A stretch of DNA of 64,000 bases from Octopus sinensis (GCF_006345805.1 NC_043012.1:1178001-1242000); one strand, 5' to 3'; shown: positions 39,678 to 52,460, counted from the stretch's first letter. Notes: generated by a model from the letters alone, not told the origin. Program-made: numbers and translations.

Positions 39678-40085
39678 CTTTCCATGCTATCATGGGTTGG
39701 ACGATTTGACTGAGAGCTGACGAACCAGATGGCCGCACCAGGCTCTAATCTTAATCTGGCAGAGTTTCTACAGCTGGATGCACTTCCTAACGCCAACCAT
39801 TCCAAGCGTGTAGTGAGTTCTTTTATGTGCCATCGGCACGGAATCCAGTTAGCCGCTCTGGCAATGATCACGCTCGGATGGTGCTCTTATAATGCTACTA
39901 GCACGGGGCACAAGTGCCAGTAAGGTGATGCTGGTAACGATCACACTCGAATGGTGCCTTTTATGTGCCACTGGCACAGAAGTTGCTTAGCTGCTCTGTC
40001 AATGATCACGCTCGTATGGTGCTCTTTGCGCCCCGCTAGCATGGATGCCAGTCATTGAATTTGATTTCGATTTCACTTGCCTCAT
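39641..40085 (-). mobile_element. RTE LINE 3' end (family C)
   Basis: (CAT)n plus reverse-complement terminus and repeat units. Confidence 0.8.
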
Positions 40086-40368
40086 TCATATACACTCACA
40101 CACATACACACATTACATACATATATATATTAGGATACTGGCATATGTTACACACTGCCTAAATACCAATCTTGAGAAATTAGGATTCTGAAAATCAGAA
40201 AGGAAAAAGCTGATTTAAAGATTACAGATCCAAGCAATCACTGGAACTTTAAAAATCTGTAAAACTTGAAATAAGTTTATCATTTAAGTACATATGAGCA
40301 CGTATAGACATGCAAGTATATACATAAAAATACCTGCAAAGAACAAAACATACAAATCTGCACGTATA

Positions 40369-41505
40369 CATCATCATCATCATCATCATCATTTAACGTC
40401 CGCTTTCCATGCTAGCATGGGTTGGACGGTTCAACTGGGGTCTGGGGAGCCCGAAAGCTGCACCAGTCCAGTCAGATCTGGCAGTGTTTCTACAGCTGGA
40501 TGCCCTTCCTAACGCCAACCACTCCGAGAGTGTAGTGGGTGATTTTATGTGCCACCGACACAGGTGCCAGACGAGGCTGGCAGACGGCCATGCTCGGATG
40601 GTGTTTTTATGTGCCACTGACACAGGTGCCAGATGAGGCTGGCAAACGGCCACAATCAGATGGTGTTTGTTACGTGCCCACAGCACAGAGGCCAGTCAAT
40701 GCGGTACTGGCTACGGCCACGTTCGGATGGTTTTCTTGTGTGCCACGTGCCACCGGCACTGGTACCACAAAGATACAAATTCCATTGATGTTCATCTATT
40801 TTGATTTGATTTTGATTTTCACTTGCCTCAACAGGTCTTCACAAGTGTCACAAGAAGGAAGGTATGCACAGGTGGACTGACTACATCCCAGGTAGGGGCC
40901 ACAGGTTATGGCCTGACTAGTCTTGCCGGGTCTTCGGATGGTGTTTTTATGTGCCACTGACATAAGTGCCAGATGAGGCTGGCGAACGGCCATGATCGGA
41001 TGGTGTTTGTTACGTGCCCACAGCACGGAGGCCAGTCGATGCGGTACTGGCTACGGCCACGTTCGGATGGTTTTCTTGTGTGCCACCGGCACTGGTACCA
41101 CAAAGATACAAATTCCATTAATGTTCATCTATTTTGATTTGTTTTGATTTGATTTGATTTGATTTGATTTGATTTTGATTTTCACTTGCCTCAAAAGGGA
41201 TTCACAAGTGTCACAAGAAGGAAGGTATGCACAGGTGGACTGACTACGTCCCAGGTAGGGACCACAGGTTATGGCCTGACTAGTCTTGCCGGGTCTTCGG
41301 ATGGTGTTTTTATGTGCCACCGACACAGGTGCTAGATGAGGCTGGCGAACGGCCACGATCGGATGGTGTTTGTTATGTGCCCACAGCACGATGGCCAGTC
41401 GATGCGGTACTGACTATGGCCACGTTCGGATGGATTTCTTGTGTGCCACCGGCACTGGTACCACAAAGATACAAATTCCATTGATGTTCATCTATTTTGA
41501 TTTGA
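40369..41505 (-). mobile_element. RTE LINE 3'UTR with a triplicated ~330-360 bp block
   Basis: Family C terminus, then three near-identical copies ending GGTACCACAAAGATACAAATTCCATT (~40761, ~41094, ~41457). Confidence 0.8.
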
Positions 41506-41739
41506 TACATGAAAAATACCCAGTTGATGTTGAAATTCCAATGAAGGAACCTTGGATCTAGGTCAGAAACCAGCTCTTTCCCTATTGGCAAGAAATCTTG
41601 AAACAAAACTGAATAATAAGATATATACATACATACAAACATATATACATACATGCATATATACATGCATGGATACAGATATACATACATACATACACAC
41701 ATACATACATATATACATAGGTACATATATACCCATAAA

Positions 41740-41930
41740 TAGATCAAATTTGCAGAAATAAACGACATAGACAGGTGTAGGAACAACAAGCAGGTGTATT
41801 AGTTTAACGCTTGGGCTAAACAGAAAAGTCCTTTACATTTTGAGCCTATGCTCTTTGGCAGTAAGGATTAAGAGAAAAAAAAGTAGAGAGAAAAGATATC
41901 CAGAGTTCAACTGTCCAGCATGGCACAATG
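41740..41930 (-). mobile_element. P1 Penelope-like element (degraded)
   Basis: Homologous to 2158-2310. CpG-decayed hammerhead motif CTGCCAAAGAGCATAGGCTCAAAATGTA (41834-41861). Confidence 0.5.
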
Positions 41931-41945
41931 TATGTATATACGTAC

Positions 41946-41987
<42 letters not shown>

Positions 41988-41988
<1 letters not shown>

Positions 41989-42338
41989 CTATATCTTGTG
42001 CATACAATTAAATGTATGACTGTTACTTTTGAGCATAGAGCTCCAAGTAGGTTATAATCAAACAGTCTGCTTCTGGTATAGTAATTTAGCTCCTAATGTA
42101 CTAAGTTGGAACAAATGATATAAGCTTGTGTTTATCAAAATTTCTCAAACATTTGCTCGACTAAAGGCGGTGCTCCAGCATGGCTACAGTAAAATGACTG
42201 AAACAAGTAAAAGAGAAAAAGAGAAAAGATATATATATATATATATATATATACACTCTCAGATATATATATGCACGTGTGTGTATGTATGTATGTGTGT
42301 GTGTTTGTATGTATTTATGTATGTATGAATATATATGT

Positions 42339-42373
<35 letters not shown>

Positions 42374-42765
42374 ATATATATATATATACTATATCTTGTG
42401 CATACAATTAAATGTATGACTGTTACTTTTGAGCATAGAGCTCCAAGTAGGTTATAATCAAACAGTCTGCTTCTGGTATAGTAATTTAGCTCCTAATGTA
42501 CTAAGTTGGAACAAATGATATAAGCTTGTGTTTATCAAAATTTCTCAAACATTTGCTCGACTAAAGGCGGTGCTCCAGCATGGCTACAGTAAAATGACTG
42601 AAACAAGTAAAAGAGAAAAAGAGAAAAGATATATATATATATATATATATATACACTCTCAGATATATATATGCACGTGTGTGTATGTATGTATGTGTGT
42701 GTGTTTGTATGTATTTATGTATGTATGAATATATATGTATACATACATACATATATATATATATA
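41988..42765. repeat. Identical tandem duplication, period 400 bp, bounded by (TA)n
   Basis: Identical ORFs at 42128 and 42528. CTATATCTTGTGCATAC appears at ~41989 and ~42389. Confidence 0.92.
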
Positions 42766-43399
42766 TATGAATATATATATATACATACATACAGATACGT
42801 GTGTCCATGCATACACGCTTATGTGTGTATGTATGCGTACATATTTATATCCGTACTTACATACATACACAAACTCTCTCTCTTTCTCACAGACACACTC
42901 GCACACACACCCACACACACACACGCACACACACACACACACACCATTGCAAACAAATTACTCTCGAGCAAGACTATATTAAAGATAGGAAGTAAGGCGA
43001 TGTATTTATCACGACAATCTCGTAAGACAAAACCAAGTAGATTTTAAGAAGATCTTGGAATAATACCATAATTCCGTCATGAAGTTTACCATTCATCCGA
43101 ACCAGACACCAAACAATGCAAACCAGGTTTCAGTTCTCTCCATCGTTCACTCACAGTCCTCATCAATAACACATCCTAATTGCACATGAATTACTTTATA
43201 TCATAGATACCCCACTCCCTACCTGCCTCTGCTCCACCCTCAAGCCGTGATTCCTAAGTATACGTAACAGCACATTAGGTATCTCATTAAAATAACTCTT
43301 GAATTATTAATTATTTTAGAGCTCGTTATGTTAACGAACTATGCAAATGGATCTCTTGTTTTCCCCAATGGATGTGGTACCAGCAACAGTAGTGTTTGT

Positions 43400-43945
43400 G
43401 TAGTAGTGCTTGTAGTGTTGGTGGTGGTAGTGGTGGTGGTGGTGATGGTAGTGGTGGCGGTGCTGGTGGTGCTGGTATTGGCTGTGGTGGTGGAGGTGGT
43501 GGTTGGTGGTAGTGGTGGTGGTGATGGTGGTGGTGGTGGTGGTGGTGGTGGTGGTGGTGGTGGTGGTGGTGCTAGTGGTGGTAATGCTGCTGCTGCTGCT
43601 GCTGCTGGTGCTGATGGCTTTCATATTGATGGTGGTCCTGTACCTGTTGTTTGTTTTGACATTGGATTTAGTGTTTTTTTTGTATGTAGGCAGTGATAAG
43701 GGTTGATACATTGGTGATGGTGATGGTGATGGTGGCGGTGATGGTGGTGGTGGTGGTGGTGGTGGTGGTTCACCCCCCCCCCGTGATACTGTTGGGATGT
43801 TGGGAGGTGGTCTTTATGTTGGATCGGTGGTGGTGGTGGTGGTGGCGTTCTCTGTTTACATGGTAGCAAAGGTAAATTAATGGCTAATGGCCATTGCTAC
43901 CCCTATTCCACCACCATCACCACCACCACCACCACCATCACCACC
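43400..43945. repeat. (GGT)n/(GCT)n/(CAC)n triplet-repeat cluster
   Basis: Direct inspection. Confidence 0.9.
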
Positions 43946-44470
43946 GTATATTAATGTATTACTGCAGCAAGCTGTGTTATAACACAATTCCACACATCAC
44001 ACACACACACCCGGCACCATCACTACCACCACCTGCACCAGCACCACCACATACACTCACCCACCCACCCATACATGCTGTTATGCATAATGTTGCAGGT
44101 GCTTGTTTTAACATCTGTAATTAGATTTGCTGGATAAGAAAACCAAGAAATTAAGCCTGATATACAAATCACTCTGCATTTCACATCACACCTTCCTGCA
44201 GAGCCTGCCATAGCAAAGCAGAAACGTTCTTAACACATTTACTATTTTCCCAACATTGGAATAGGAAACATCTGAGAGAGTGTTGAGTGGCATGGGTGGA
44301 AAGAGGTGATGATGATTGAGAGATATAAAACAGCTGCTAGTGAATTAATGACTAATACTTTAATATTTAAAAATGTTGAAACAAAATCCTGATTTTGTGG
44401 AGAACATGCAAATGATACGAATAATTAAGTTTGGAAGAAGTGAGGAGGTATGTTGTCGTACTACCAATTC

Positions 44471-45070
44471 AGGGGTCTTGAGATCAAATTCACAAGGGGC
44501 AGGCATGTGTAAGAGGTTAAGAAACTCACTTTGAAACCATGTGGTTTTGGGTTCCGTCTTACAGCATGGAATCAAGGGCAAGTATCTTCTTCTATAGCCC
44601 TGGGCCACCTCGCAAAGTAAAGCAAAGTTACCTCCTTAAGTCATGCTGACAAACAAGGGCCAATTTTTCAGGGGTCTTGAGATCAAATTCACAAGGGGCA
44701 GGCATGTGTAAGAGGTTAAGAAACTCACTTTGAAACCATGTGGTTTTGGGTTCCGTCTTACAGCATGGAATCAAGGGCAAGTATCTTCTTCTATAGCCCT
44801 GGGCCACCTCGCAAAGTAAAGCAAAGTTACCTCCTTAAGTCATGCTGACAAACAAGGGCCAATTTTTCAGGGGTCTTGAGATCAAATTCACAACAAGGTG
44901 CAGGCATGTGTAAGAGGTTAAGAAACTCACTTTGAAACCATGTGGTTTTGGGTTCCGTCTTACAGCATGGAATCAAGGGCAAGTATCTTCTTCTATAGCC
45001 CTGGGCCACCTCGTAAAGTAAAGCAAAGTTATCTCCTTAAGTCATGCTGACAAACAAGGGCCAATTTTTC
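44471..45070. repeat. Tandem triplication of a 199-bp unit containing a SINE A-like head
   Basis: AGGGGTCTTGAGATCAAATTC at 44471, 44670 and 44869. Third copy has a 3-bp insertion. Confidence 0.92.
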
Positions 45071-45342
45071 TGGTTTCATGGCATATAAATTCTCCACTTG
45101 GACAGGATGCTGGTCGATCGCAGGATTACTTATATTTGCTAGCTGGAGCAATGTGAAATGAAGTGTTTTTGCTCAAGAACACAACATGCTGCCCGGTCCA
45201 GGAATCGAAACCACAATCTTATCATCATGAGTCCAACACCCTAACCACTAACCCATGTACCTCCACCCTGGGCTGACTGATAACTTCTGAATAAATGTGA
45301 AAGACAGAATTTGAGTGGATGCCTGTTGTAAATATGAATTGT

Positions 45343-45780
45343 ATTGAGTCAAAAGTTTTGCAGTATTTTGGTAACTTATTTGCCCAACATTCAAAGAAGA
45401 GACTGTCATGTTGCACCATCTGACGCCACCATTCATCATCATCATTGTTCGACCGTGGTCGAGACAATGGAATTTACCATGCTACGCCAGACTTCACGGT
45501 CCATCATAGCATTACGGAGGTCCTGTTGCTGGATGCCTGTATCCCTGGAGATTACATAAGGGTAGGAGAGTGTGCGCCCTCTGGTATTGCGAGTAGATGG
45601 CTTCCAGAGGAGAAGAGTAGAAATTACTTCTTTTTCAGCTCTACAACAATGTCCAGCAAACTGGACTCTCCTACCTTTCACCATTCAACCAGTTCTTTGA
45701 TCCCATACTGATACAAGGTCTTGTCATTTGAGACAAAGAAATCCTTCACTGAAGCTTCTACGTCCTCTAGGTTAATGAAT
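45343..45780 (-). mobile_element. Mariner 3' remnant split by an RTE insertion
   Basis: FINLEDVEASVKDFFVSNDKTLYQYGIKELVEWW | RQMVQHDSLFFE reconstitutes a mariner C-terminus across the insertion. Confidence 0.6.
45436..45678 (-). mobile_element. 5'-truncated RTE-like LINE (second family) with 9-bp TSD
   Basis: RRVQFAGHCCRAEKEVISTLLLWKP...AMMDREVWR plus (TGA)n tail. TSD CACCATTCA at 45427-45435 and 45679-45687. Confidence 0.82.
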
Positions 45781-45805
45781 GCTGGGCTGCTTTTTGTGGT
45801 AACTT

Positions 45806-46026
45806 ACTCTTTTGCTCTTTTACTTGCTTCAGTCATTTGACTATGGCCACGCTGGAGCACTGCCTTTAGTCGAGCAAATCAACCCCAGGACTTATTCTTT
45901 GTAAGCCTAGAACTTATTCTATCGGTCTCTTTTGCTGAACCACTAAGTTACATAAACACACCAGCATCTGTTGTCAAGCAATGTTGGTGGGACAAACATA
46001 GACACACAAACATATACACACATACA

Positions 46027-46065
<39 letters not shown>

Positions 46066-46265
46066 TATATATCCCTCTCTCTCTCTTTCGGAGAGGCACA
46101 AGCACCTACACGCACATATGCACACACGGCAGCAACTTCCACCTACCGAATTCAATCACAAAGCTCCGGTCAGCTCGGGGGTATAGCAGAAGACACCTAC
46201 CCAAAGTGCCACGCAGTGGGACTGAACCCGAAACCATGTAGCTAGGAAGCAAGCTCCCTAACCAC
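45806..46265 (-). mobile_element. SINE family A (diverged/chimeric)
   Basis: Reverse-complement family A match. Confidence 0.75.
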
Positions 46266-46269
46266 AGAA

Positions 46270-46975
46270 AATAGTAAAAAGTGAAAAAACTACAGAAGGC
46301 TTGTTTTAAAAGGTTAAAAAATATATATTTGAGTCAATATGTCTGAAGAATATTATAAATTTTTTTCTTACAATGACATAGTTTAGAAGAAAGACCGGTT
46401 TCGCGTTTAGCTTTTCAAATTTCTTACGTCGTTATGTTTATGTTGAAAAGAGTTCTAGATAAGGGGAGGTAATAAGTGATTTCTTCCGGTGTAAGGGAGA
46501 TAATCGCCTAAAATTTTTTGCCTTTCCCTTGGTGTGAATTTCTCTGTATAAGTATGTTGGAATGGTTAAGTCTGGGCTTGTACTTTTCAATGAAGAATGT
46601 TTCCTTGTTTAGTCTAATTTGTGTTGATGATCCGATAGCACATTGGTAAAATGGAAAGATTAAAAATTGTGGTAGTAGTTGCTTTGCGCATTTCTCAATG
46701 TGCTCACTAAAAGGTATCATTCTGTATTCTGGGAATGCAATCTGTTGTCGATGCAGTGTGCATCTACGCCTGAGTGATAGTCCCGTGGATCCCACGTAGT
46801 CTTGGTGGCAGCCCGAGCATTTTATGACATAAATTATGTTTTCAGAGGCACAAGTAAAATTAGATTTGATCTTGAATTTCTGTCCCTCTTTGAAGAGGAA
46901 TTCTGATCCTTCTAGCAGGTATTGACATGTTGCACAGTTTGGTCTACCACATTTTTTTACTTTTGCATCCGTAAT
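46270..46975 (-). mobile_element. Penelope-like retroelement (Neptune-type) 3' fragment encoding a GIY-YIG endonuclease
   Basis: Open frame KKCGRPNCATC (Cys linker)...FTCASENIIYVIKCSGCHQDYVGSTGLSLRRRCTLH...SEH...RLNKETFFIEKYKPRLN. 3'UTR contains CGAAACCGGTC. Confidence 0.88.
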
Positions 46976-46994
46976 TTCAGAAAACAATTCGATG

Positions 46995-47452
46995 ACTGGC
47001 ATCAGTGCTAGTGGAGCGCTAAGAGCACTATTCGAGTGTGATCGTTGCTAGAGTGGCTAACTGGCTTCCATGCCAGTGGCACATAAAAAGCACCTTTCGA
47101 ACGTGATCATTACCAGCGTCGCCTTACTGGCACTTGTGCTGGAGGTACGGGAAAAAACATTTGAGTGAGGTCATTGCCAGTGCCACTGGACTGGTTCCTG
47201 TGCAGGTGGCATGTAAAAAACACCATTTGAGCATGGCTGTTGCCAGTATTGCAAGACTGGCCCTCATGCCGGGGGCAAGTAAAAGCACCCACAATACTCT
47301 CGGAGTGGTTGGCGTTAGGAAGGGCATCCAGCAGTAGAAACTCTGCCAGATCAAGATTGGAGCCTGCCATCTGGTTCACCAGTTGTCAGTCAAATCTTCC
47401 AGCCATGCTAGCATGGAAAGCGGATGTTAAACAATGATGATGATGATGATGA

Positions 47453-47456
<4 letters not shown>
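46995..47456 (+). mobile_element. RTE LINE 3' end (family C)
   Basis: Repeat units, terminus and (GAT)n. Confidence 0.8.
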
Positions 47457-47490
<34 letters not shown>

Positions 47491-47955
47491 GACAGGCTTC
47501 TTTCAGCTTCCATCTACCAAATCCACTCACAAAGCTTTGGTCAGCCCAAGGCAAGCAAGCTACTTACCATACAGCCACTCCTATGCCTTGACAAATTTAA
47601 GTGAACAAGTTACCAAAATATTGCAAACCTTTTGACTCAACACAGTTTATTTATTCTTTGTCTAAAGAATAATGCATAGCAGATGTCTTAAATGTTTCTC
47701 TACATCCATACCTATGTAGCTCTTATTAGGTAATGAAACATGTAATGAGAAATAAATGATACCAAGAATTATCCAACATTCATGACCATAGATAAGCACA
47801 GGCATGGAAACTAAGCTGAAGTAGGTTTGGCTTTTTTTATTTAACCTCTCCTCTTCTGGGGACTGAATGCTACAGCTGGAGCATTTCTGAGCCAGCACTT
47901 GCGTTTTCTAACATCCAGTTCTACATCCTGCTTCCTATCGCTTCTGAATTAGTTA

Positions 47956-48134
47956 CCATATTTTAACTTGTATAAGGAACCCTCATGTATAAGGAAACCA
48001 TAATAATTTGGTCCTAAAATTTGGAAAAAACGGTTTTGTAAGGGATTATAATACTATCCATGTATAAGAAACTCCCATATTTTCTTAACCTAATTTTTGA
48101 CAACAAAGAGTTCCTTATACATGTTAAAATATGG
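47956..48134. mobile_element. Tc2/pogo-type MITE
   Basis: TA|CCATATTTTAACTTGTATAAGGAAC ... GTTCCTTATACATGTTAAAATATGG|TA, 24/25 TIR identity. Confidence 0.85.
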
Positions 48135-48164
48135 TAGTTACTTCTTTCCCTGCCATGAGGCAAA

Positions 48165-48598
48165 TCATCATCATCATCATCATGGTTTAACGTCCGCTTT
48201 CCATGCTGGCATGGGTTGGATGATTTGACTGAGGTCTGGCGAACCAGATATCTGCACCAGACTCCAATATGATCTGTCAGAGTTTCTACAGCTGGATGCC
48301 CTTCCTAATGCCAACCATTCTGAGAGTGTAGTGGGTGCTTTTACGTGCCACCAGCACGAGGACCAGTCAGGCAGTACTGGCAATGGCCACACTCAAATGG
48401 TGCCTTTTTCTGTGCCACCTGCACAGGAGCCAGCCCAGCAGCACTGGCAACGACCTCGCTCAAATGTTTTTTCACTTACCACCAGCACAGGTGCCAGTAA
48501 GGTGACGCAGGTAATGATCACACTCGAATGGTGTTTTTTTACATGCCACCGGCACGGAGGCCAGCTTGTTGCTCTGGCAACGATCATACTCGTATGGT
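48165..48598 (-). mobile_element. RTE LINE 3' end (family C)
   Basis: Close match to 8833-9310. Confidence 0.8.
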
Positions 48599-49277
48599 AC
48601 AATAAGACCAAAAATCACTTAATATCTCTTCTACAGGCATGTGATTAGAATTCTACATGAAAGGATCACAAGACAGATTCTTCAAAATATCCATAGTCTC
48701 ATTGGGTCACACTTGAGAATCCGGTAGGGCTCAATGGAGGATACTCTCCCAGGGGCCTCACAGGAATAGTAAAGGTAAAGTTACCCTCTCTGGTGATACC
48801 AACTCATAAGGGCTAGTTTCCGGGTTTCCGTGGAACATATATACCCCACTTGGATGGGACCCGGTCCATCACAGGATTACTCCCTTTTACCAGCTGAGTG
48901 GACTGGTGCAATGCAAAATGAAGTATTTTCCTCAAGAACTTAATGCATTGCCTGGTCCAGGAATTGAAACCACAATCTTAGGATCATGAGTTTAATACTC
49001 CTAACAAGTAAGCCACGCACCTCTACTCACAGAGATAGTGGTTCGAACAAATGGATGGATGGATGGATGGATGGACGACTGGTGAACAAACCACAAATTT
49101 ATTTTTCTGTTGTGCATCCCAGGGCATTGAGGACTGTCCCCCTCCTTGGGCAATTATACTTCTTTCTAGAAAGCACTCCAAAGAAAATTTCATTCGGTAA
49201 TGTTTGAACGAAATGGTCCCAAAGAGAAATGCAAAATGACACCTACACACAATGCAAGTCAAATATAATAATAATGA

Positions 49278-49329
<52 letters not shown>

Positions 49330-49360
49330 GGTGGTGGTGGTGGTGGTGGTGGTGGTGGTG

Positions 49361-49393
<33 letters not shown>

Positions 49394-49728
49394 CTAGTAG
49401 TAGTAGTAGTAGTAGTAGTAGTAGCAGTAATAAACAATAACAACAACTGTCCTCTGGAAAGATATTTAAAGATAATTTCAGAATGAAGACTGAAATATGT
49501 GTGATAAATACAATGTAGATTGATCATGAATTATGTATATATGTGTGTGCACATATAAATACATACATACACACACACACATATATATATATAATATATA
49601 TATATATATACACACACCCACACACACACATACACACACATATATATATATACGTGTGCATGTATGTAAGTGTGTTTGTGTGTGTATACACATATGAAGA
49701 CGTGTACACATTTTATCTATGCATATAT

Positions 49729-49815
<87 letters not shown>

Positions 49816-50283
49816 TCACAAGATAATGATTTCCCACAGAGATTGTGCCATTTTTGTAAAAAAAATAATGACGAATCAAGATTTTCAAATGTACCAAATA
49901 AATAACAGAAAATTTAAACGCAAAAAGATAAAGCCGATATTAATGAGAAAATTTAATTACAAAAATAAAAGTAAGACAAGATTTATTTAGTAATAAAGAC
50001 TTATGGAATGAATGATGGCTAAAGAAATCATAAAATGACTTCACTGTGACAGATTTATGAGCCAATGAGAAAGATTTCATGCTAGAAATTACAGCTAAAC
50101 CTCCATCAAATCACTTTTTGCCATTATGCCCAATGTCTCACCAATAATGATTACACACCTCACTAGTGTACTATGAATGTAAAAATGTGTTGAAACAATT
50201 GTAGGGATTTTAAATAAAGGATGTCATTAATTCTATTTTCTATTATTTATTTATTTCATATAAAGATATATACATATTACATA

Positions 50284-50445
50284 GGTATAGGAGTGGCTGT
50301 GTGGTAAGTAGCTTGCTTACCAACCACATGGTTCCAAGTTCAGTCCCACTGCGTGGCACCTTGGGCAAGTGTCTTCTACTATAGCCTTGGGTCGACCAAA
50401 GCCTTGTGAGTGGATTTCGTAGACGGAAACTGAAAGAAGCCCGTC

Positions 50446-50503
<58 letters not shown>

Positions 50504-50720
50504 GTGTGTTTGCGTTTGTCTCCCCAACATCACTTGACAACCGATGCTGATATGTTTATATCCCTGCAACTTAGCAGTTCGGCAAAAGAGGCCAATAGAA
50601 TAAGTACTAGGCTTACAAAGAATAAGTCCTGGGGTCGATTTGCTCAACTAAAAGTGGTGTTCCAGCATGGCCACAGTCAAATGACTGAAACAAGTAAAAG
50701 AATAAAAGAATAAAGAGTAA
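50284..50720 (+). mobile_element. SINE family A
   Basis: Full-length family A match. Confidence 0.88.
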
Positions 50721-50896
50721 TATTAATACCTATGGTGGTGCAAGCAGGAAAAAGGAGTCTATGTATTTCATTTTCATATCTGGCTTGAAGGATTCTTTAA
50801 GTGAATTCACGTGTTGAAACAAATTTGGTTGTGTCTAGGGAGAGCCATTATGCCAATATTTGTTCAGTTCCACTCCTTTATTATTAGTCAATTGGT

Positions 50897-51115
50897 CTAA
50901 GGTAGCGAGCTGGCAGAATTGTAAGCATGCTGGACCAAATGCTTAGTGGTATTTTACCCTTTGCTACTTTCTGAGTTCACATTCTGCCGAGGTCAGCTTT
51001 GTCTGTCATACTTTCAGGGTCAACAAATTAAGTAGCAGTGAAACACTGGGGTTGGTGTAATCGATTAGTCCCCTTCCCCCAAATGTCAGGCCTTGTGCCT
51101 TCAGCAGAAAGGATG
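50897..51115 (+). mobile_element. SINE family B with 14-bp TSD
   Basis: TSD ATTAGTCAATTGGT at 50883-50896 and 51116-51129. Confidence 0.85.
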
Positions 51116-51150
51116 ATTAGTCAATTGGTTAAATACCCAACTAATTAATT

Positions 51151-51671
51151 TGTAGTGACGTCATATTCCAGTGTGCGTGTGCGGAACGTATTCTTCAGTG
51201 TGCGTGTGTGAGACGTCCTTCTTCAGTGTGCGTGTGCGGGGTTGGAACCTTCTGGAAAGGCATAAGGAAGTTCCCTCATGCACATGCGCTAGAGACTGGG
51301 GAAGAAATTCTATTGCGTTCCTTAATAGCGTTGTTGACTTGAGACACTGCAATAGAAGAGAAAGGACGTATTTTTAAATACGTGATCAGCCTATTCTCCT
51401 GTCCTAGACGCTTAGGATTTGACCTGTTCTGTTGCTGCTGAATTGTTGTAAGAATCTTACAAACGTTAGAATTCAGCCTTGCTGTGTTGAACTAGGTGGA
51501 TACCAGTATACTATTGTGCTTCATTTGTGAATAAGAGAATAAAGAATGGTATATATTTTTAAAGTTGCGTTTTGTTACCGACCGGTACTTTCTAGAAACT
51601 AAAAGAAAGGAAATTGTGTTGCACCCAAGTTGCACCCCAAAAGTGTAAAGAAGCAACCAGTTCCCTTTACA
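51151..51671 (+). mobile_element. Solo LTR (probably Ty3/gypsy)
   Basis: TGTA...TACA termini, 4-bp TSD AATT (51147-51150 / 51672-51675), internal AATAAA at ~51538, CpG-rich. Host MITE arm is restored on excision. Confidence 0.75.
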
Positions 51672-52040
51672 AATTGATTATTTGCTGAATTTGGTTAAAC
51701 AGTCATTGTTTTGAAAAGGTTACAACTAACAACAAAAAAACTTTGACAAAAAAAAACAAATGAGTTACTCTTTAACCACATTAAAGAAACAATTGATTAC
51801 TTAGTTGGGTATCTAACCAAATGATTAATAACAAAGGAGTGGATTTGAACCAGTGCACGTATTAACGACTCTCTCTAGAGTGTAAGTATATTTTGTTTAA
51901 ATACATGTCGTAGAAGCAAAAGAGTGAGTTATGGGCAGAGAATTTTGTTTGCTGGTACTTACCAAGTGTAAGTGATAAAGCATGAAACTATCGGCCCTTG
52001 AATAAGTCTGTTGCTTCTGCTAAATATTATTATATATATA

Positions 52041-52200
52041 GGCACAGGCATGGTTGTGTGGTAAGAAGCTTGCCTCCAAACCACATGGTGCTTAGTTCAG
52101 TCTCACTGGATGGCACTTTGGGCAAGTATCTTCTACTATAGACTTTGAGCCATCCAAAGCCTTGTGGGTGGATTTGGTTGAGAGAAACTGAAAGAAGCCT

Positions 52201-52240
<40 letters not shown>

Positions 52241-52460
52241 TATGTATGTGTGTGTGTGTGTGTGTGTGTCTATGTGTGTCTTTGTGTTGGTGTTTACGTT
52301 CCTGTGACTTAGCAGTTTGGGAAAAGAGATCAATCGATGAAGTACCAGGCTTAAAACATAAGTCCTAGAATCGATTTGTTCAACTAAAACCATTTGAGGC
52401 AGTGCTCTAGTGTGACCACAGTCAAATGACCGAAACAAGCAAAAGAGAATAAAAGAAATA
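52041..52460 (+). mobile_element. SINE family A (older, diverged)
   Basis: Degenerate family A match. Confidence 0.72.

Larger units (their letters stand above)
50809..51907. mobile_element. Old fold-back MITE hosting a SINE and a solo LTR
   Basis: After removing both inserts, the left arm (CCACTCCTTTATTATTAGTCAATTGGTTAAATACCCAACTAA...) is the diverged reverse complement of 51770-51905. Confidence 0.65.

Noticed and set aside
43328-43869. Poly-Gly/Ala/His/Pro ORFs resembling a transcription-factor low-complexity exon
   Set aside because: All frames are similarly open because of triplet repeats, stops interrupt the Pro/His frame, and there is no domain or clear splice pair.
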